DNA of 64,000 bases from the NCBI GenBank assembly GCA_043228905.1, contig JBHGNT010000020.1, positions 10,850,001 to 10,914,000 of the forward strand, written 5' to 3'. Below the pieces are notes generated by a model, which ran no database searches, had not been told where the DNA came from, and saw only the letters and a program-made list of their open reading frames with translations. Positions within the stretch are counted from its first letter, which is position 1; each line of letters starts with the position of its first letter. Below are positions 59,185-64,000 of this stretch, one piece after another. A program made the position numbers and the translations under genes. This DNA comes from Azolla caroliniana. Lineage: Eukaryota; Plantae; Polypodiophyta.

Positions 59185-61449
59185 CCATGTCTTATAGGGG
59201 CTTTTACATTATAGATTTGCATTTTATCTTTGAAACCTTTATTTGATGGTACTGTAATGTGTCCATCATAAATTGGTAGTGATGAGTAGGGATTCCTCTC
59301 TTTTGTTTGTCTCCTTCCTTCCAAACACAAGACCTCCAATGTATACCATAACTATCACACATACACCTCTAAAAAATGAACACAATGTTAAAAGAGATGT
59401 GTAATGTATCCTCACGCAAATTGAGGGGAGACAAGATTGTACCGTATGTCTTCCACATGGTCCATAATTTGTTGTGCATCGTTTTCCAGTTGAATCCAAA
59501 GTAGCTTGCAAATTTCCCAAATTATGGGAAATATGTCAAATAATGATTTTAGAGTTCCATAGGACAAAATAAAGTTCATCTCTTCCTACCAAGCTTTTAA
59601 ATTTCCTTCTCTTGGGTACACCCAAGCTTTGGCAAGATAAAAATTAAAAGCATGTATTGATGGTATAGAAATATACTTGTTTAATTATATTTTTGAATTA
59701 TCTCAATTCTTCAAGCAAGAGAAGGAAAACGTTTGTATTTATGTGTGTCTCATAGACCTTTGCCTTTAATATACATACATATGCATATATTTCACTTTTG
59801 TGGACCTAGACGTTTTGTGCACACAATTCAGTATTGAATGGCTTCTAAAGGTCATTTGAAAAGAAAGGGAAATCAATGACCCACTCAATCTAGCAATGAT
59901 TATAAGTTCAATTATAAAATAATATATTTAAATTTCCATGTAGCTATGCAAAAAAAAAGGTTCACATCAACCTCATTGGTTAGAACTCAAGACGATTAAC
60001 TTCCTCGAACATTATGTTAAAGAGCGGGTACGTGAAAAGTTATGGCATAACAAAAGAAACTTGTTAGAACTTGTATTTACAAACCTCAATGAGACAAATC
60101 AAGCGTACATGAAGAAAATTAACTAATTGCGTGTCATAGTAAATGGACTCGTATTCCATCATGGGAAAGAGATGTTAACCTCGAGATATGAGGGAGAAGA
60201 GGGGGGGAGGTCCGAGGGAGGTTGTTTTCCAATAATGATATTTAAGAAGTTGTGTTGTAAGTGCACAACATTATGAAATAGACTTCAATCACACCAAACG
60301 TCCAATCAGAGTCATAGATGAAATTTCATAAAAGATAAAGAACCTTTAGTAGTTCAATATACACCTATCAATGCCATAATAGTTTCCCATGGTTTAATAA
60401 ATATTTGACATTTGTATAATATATTAGTGCACACTCAAGTGACAGGAAGTGAATTGAGATAATGATATGATGCTATATTACACATTCGTAGGCAAATTTT
60501 TCAACAGTTATTATACGCTTACCATTAGAGGATGTCTCCACATTGTATAGATACCTTAAATAGCTTTAGAGTAAATTACAAATGGGAAAATAAGAGTTAT
60601 GTCGCAATAGCTCTTTCAAATATTTGTATAATTGACCACAACATGGTGCATGCTTATCAAATTTATGTTCACATTCGATTGAAGGAAACTCTATGCATTC
60701 GCAATAAATGAATAAAACAAGCAATGGGTATTTATCTACCATCAAATATGACAAAATATGTATTAGGTGCCCCATCATAAAGAGAGGGAAAAAGATAGGG
60801 CAATGGTAGCTCAAGGAAACCAATGCATGTGAATATACTCAGCTTCAAATGGTAAAAGGAAGTACATATTCTAAATGCAAGTTTTTATTGCATTGGCCGA
60901 GTACAATATTTTAAGTTTAATGAACAATTAAAGTCAAAATGGAGGAAGCCAATGTTTAAATGTTTGATAACAATAAAAAATGAAGTGAATGACCTGCTCT
61001 TTCTTGGAAGCGGGGGGACTCAGGTGGGAGTGGTGATGCACATGGGCTATCAAAATAAAACATAAGGATGAGAAAATGACCACTAAACATGTTAGTTGAA
61101 TGATGATTGTGTGTTTGTTGGTTTGCTTTGAGGGTGTCTGAGATTGCCCTATCTCACTAACTATTTGAATTTGACTAATAATGGTGTATTTTTCCAAGGA
61201 CTAAACACATATCATATTAAGGTCCTATAGAATATGGAATGAATTGTGGTAATTGTGTATTTGCATAAAAGGAGACAAAGAGTGTGGTGTGTACATGTGT
61301 GCATGTGCTATTCATAGTATAGTACAATACCAAAATTTGAAAATATTGATGATATTTTTTGAAGGGCCTAGCAAACACTATGAGTCATGCGTTCAACCCG
61401 CGTATTTCACATGATTTGAACCAAGTCTAGATATTAAAATTAATAGGTC

Positions 61450-62460
61450 AATGTTCTAATGTGAATATGCGTGGTTGGCCATCATATCCCATTCTGTGAG
61501 TATTTCTTGTCATTCCTTCTTCTGCCTAGTGTCCACATCTTATTTCCTCATGTGCTTCATTGAGGATCATCTACTACTCATGTTGAACAACTCCCTTTAA
61601 CCAAATCTTGTCTACACCTTTGTCATATGATACCCTTTCCAACAACTATACGTGCACCTCCAACCTCTTTGACTTGTCTTTTGTGAGCCCTTATAGTGGG
61701 TGTTTCTTCTCGAGTAAGAATGTCATTTCCAAGACCCATTGGTTTGAATCCATGTCAATGTTGAAGTTGTGCATTGCCCCTTAGAGATGGAGGATTGCTC
61801 CATCAAAGAATTTGTTTGACACTTTGGTTCCTACTCTCATATTTCTAACTTGAACAGCAATCCACTATTGAGTGATTAGCTCTTCGAAAAAGATAGTGAA
61901 TTTAAACTCTTGGAGGATCAACATGGATCCTAACAATTTTGTTGTTAGTGTTGATTTGGTGAATTCGATACAGGAACTTCATGCCCATTTAGTGTAAGAA
62001 AAAATGGTGAAATTGTATAACATGTTGAGTACTTCTTGCGCAAATGTCGTGTAATTATGTTAGTCGAAAGGGAGGTTTCCCCATGATTATGTTGGGAGGA
62101 TGAAGAGGGAACCAAACTAGGGTGTTATGGCTTCTTCTTGGGGATGTACACTATTGTGTACCACTTCGGTTCATACATCAACATTATTACCCTCTAGTTT
62201 GTATTATATACAACCACACCCCACTAAAGATCAACGTATAATTGAGAGTTTACAACATTCATCTACTTTAACATGCATGTAAACTTCGCGCTCCGATGGC
62301 GACAAATTAAAAGTTGATTCCCATGGTAGCTCTTCCTTGGTTATATATCAATTTGACAATTATAAGGTCAATGTTGGCCTTCATATTGTCAAAGACCTTT
62401 GTGAACTCTTGATACATTCCTAGTATTGGAGCTTAGATTTCTACAACTTTGAAGATGGAG
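61450..62460 (-). pseudogene. Ancient Gypsy RNaseH-integrase remnant
   Basis: The minus strand gives MLILQEFKFT (RNaseH end) and MILNEAHEEIRCGH...WPT (integrase zinc finger), with stops and frameshifts. Confidence 0.5.
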
Positions 62461-64000
62461 TTGCCAACATTGAAATATAAATAATTCCACTTTCCATCCC
62501 ACTTCGCATAACCTCCATAAATAAATAAACAAGTTTTGATGATATGTATATTAAATATGACATCATCAAAGCGACAATTTGGGAGAGCTATTTATTATAA
62601 ACTCTTTCATTACTCACTTCCACCAAATGCTATTTGGATTATGGAGTTCAAACCAAACGAATATTTAAGGCTACTAATAATTTTGAAGGAAACCACACAT
62701 GCCAAATTAATAATAACCACAAAAATGGACTTTAATTCCACTTATCCCCCCTTAGTGTAACAAAGCTTCAAGAAATAATTGCCATAGAAGTTGGATGAGC
62801 AAACTTAATCAAGATTCAAGAGGATTTTTTGTGTCAAAGTAAATTCTCGATCCATGGAATAAGAGTTTGCTAATGAACCTTAAAGAGTAGAGGCAATTAA
62901 TCATATGATATATAGATGTACTAAGGTCAAATTGTACTAACTCAATTCAATGAACTAGAACCAATCCTAGGGTTTTTTTTTTGGGGGGGGGGGGACCAAT
63001 CCTAGGGATAGACTTAGCATATATTGAAGAGTCCAACCAAATGGTTCAAGTTTTAGTTGGACTTACTAGTCTAATACATCTTCTAGCTTATTTAAAACTT
63101 TAAAACTATTGTATTTGGTCGGGTTGTTGGGCCTGCTTAGGTTGGGTTGTGTGGACAAATCACCACTATCCATCTTGGATTATCACTATACAAACAACGA
63201 TGGTTTCATCAATGACATTGCTTTTAACTTCATATAAAGACCTCAACAATATGGTCCCTTGATTTGCATTGAAAATGGGTTGATTATTACAATAGTGTTG
63301 AGTGCTAGAGTAGAACATTGTTGACATAACAAGTTAATCACACCTTTTGTGTGAACACACATTGCTAATTAGGGCATGTGTGTGCTCAATTTTATCATTG
63401 ACTTAGTAAATGAGAGTTGCTTTTGCATGAATGATTTATAACTCTCCCATTCATTGCTAAATTAATTCTAGCTCTTAAGTGTGTTATCTTAGAGGCCATA
63501 GTGAGGGTTGATGAGAGGATTTTTTGGTGATCTATGATGTAATTTGTTTGCTAACTAATGCAAAGTAGTGTATTTTTTTTTTTTGGGGGGGGGGGGGGGG
63601 GGGAAGTGTGTTATCTTAGATAACCCACTCACTCTCCCATTCATACTAGATTGATCTTCAATTCTATGTGTATTTACACATGTTCTGTACATATAAACCA
63701 AGCCCCCCCCCCTCCCTAGCTAATATTGGTTATCCTTGATATATTGTTGATGAGTCATGACTATAATTCATTCATATAATTATGCTCTATTTTACTAATA
63801 TATTTTGTCTTTATGTAATTCTCTATCTGTCTCTAACGCACACGCACGTTACTTAATCTATCCTTGTATAAACTATATTATCTAAGTCTTTTACGTGGTA
63901 TTTGAGCGTGATGGTTATTTAGTATCACGACCTCTATGTCGTGTGAATGTTGTTCTTGAAGTCGTATTTGAAGAACTCATTCATGCACATCAACGTGTTC

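Overview
Eukaryotic, plant-like nuclear DNA. The transposon repertoire (Tcn1-like chromoviruses, FLDD-type non-chromovirus Gypsy, RTE/RTEX-like LINEs, a Sola-like transposase) suggests a seed-free land plant; this is an inference. The only host gene I can recognise is the 5' end of FEN1 on the minus strand at the left edge (MGIK|GLTKLLSEHAP), with an in-frame transit-peptide-like extension. About 1.9-59 kb is a deeply nested transposon cluster. It holds two very young LTR elements (Gypsy 7061-14215, Tork/Tnt1-like Copia 31131-36468), older Copia, Gypsy and chromovirus copies, solo LTRs, two LINEs, a hAT-type MITE and a Sola-like transposase. The most notable signals are cis-acting. (i) tRNA-like A/B-box modules sit at the outer U3 end of three different chromovirus LTR families. 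(ii) A covarying -1 frameshift pseudoknot lies at the gag-PR/pol junction of two Gypsy copies. (iii) The chromoviruses have Tf1-type self-priming sites with an adjacent hairpin. (iv) The FLDD Gypsy family shows CG-centred 4-bp target sites. Coordinates were counted by eye and may be off by a few bases, more at degenerate ends.
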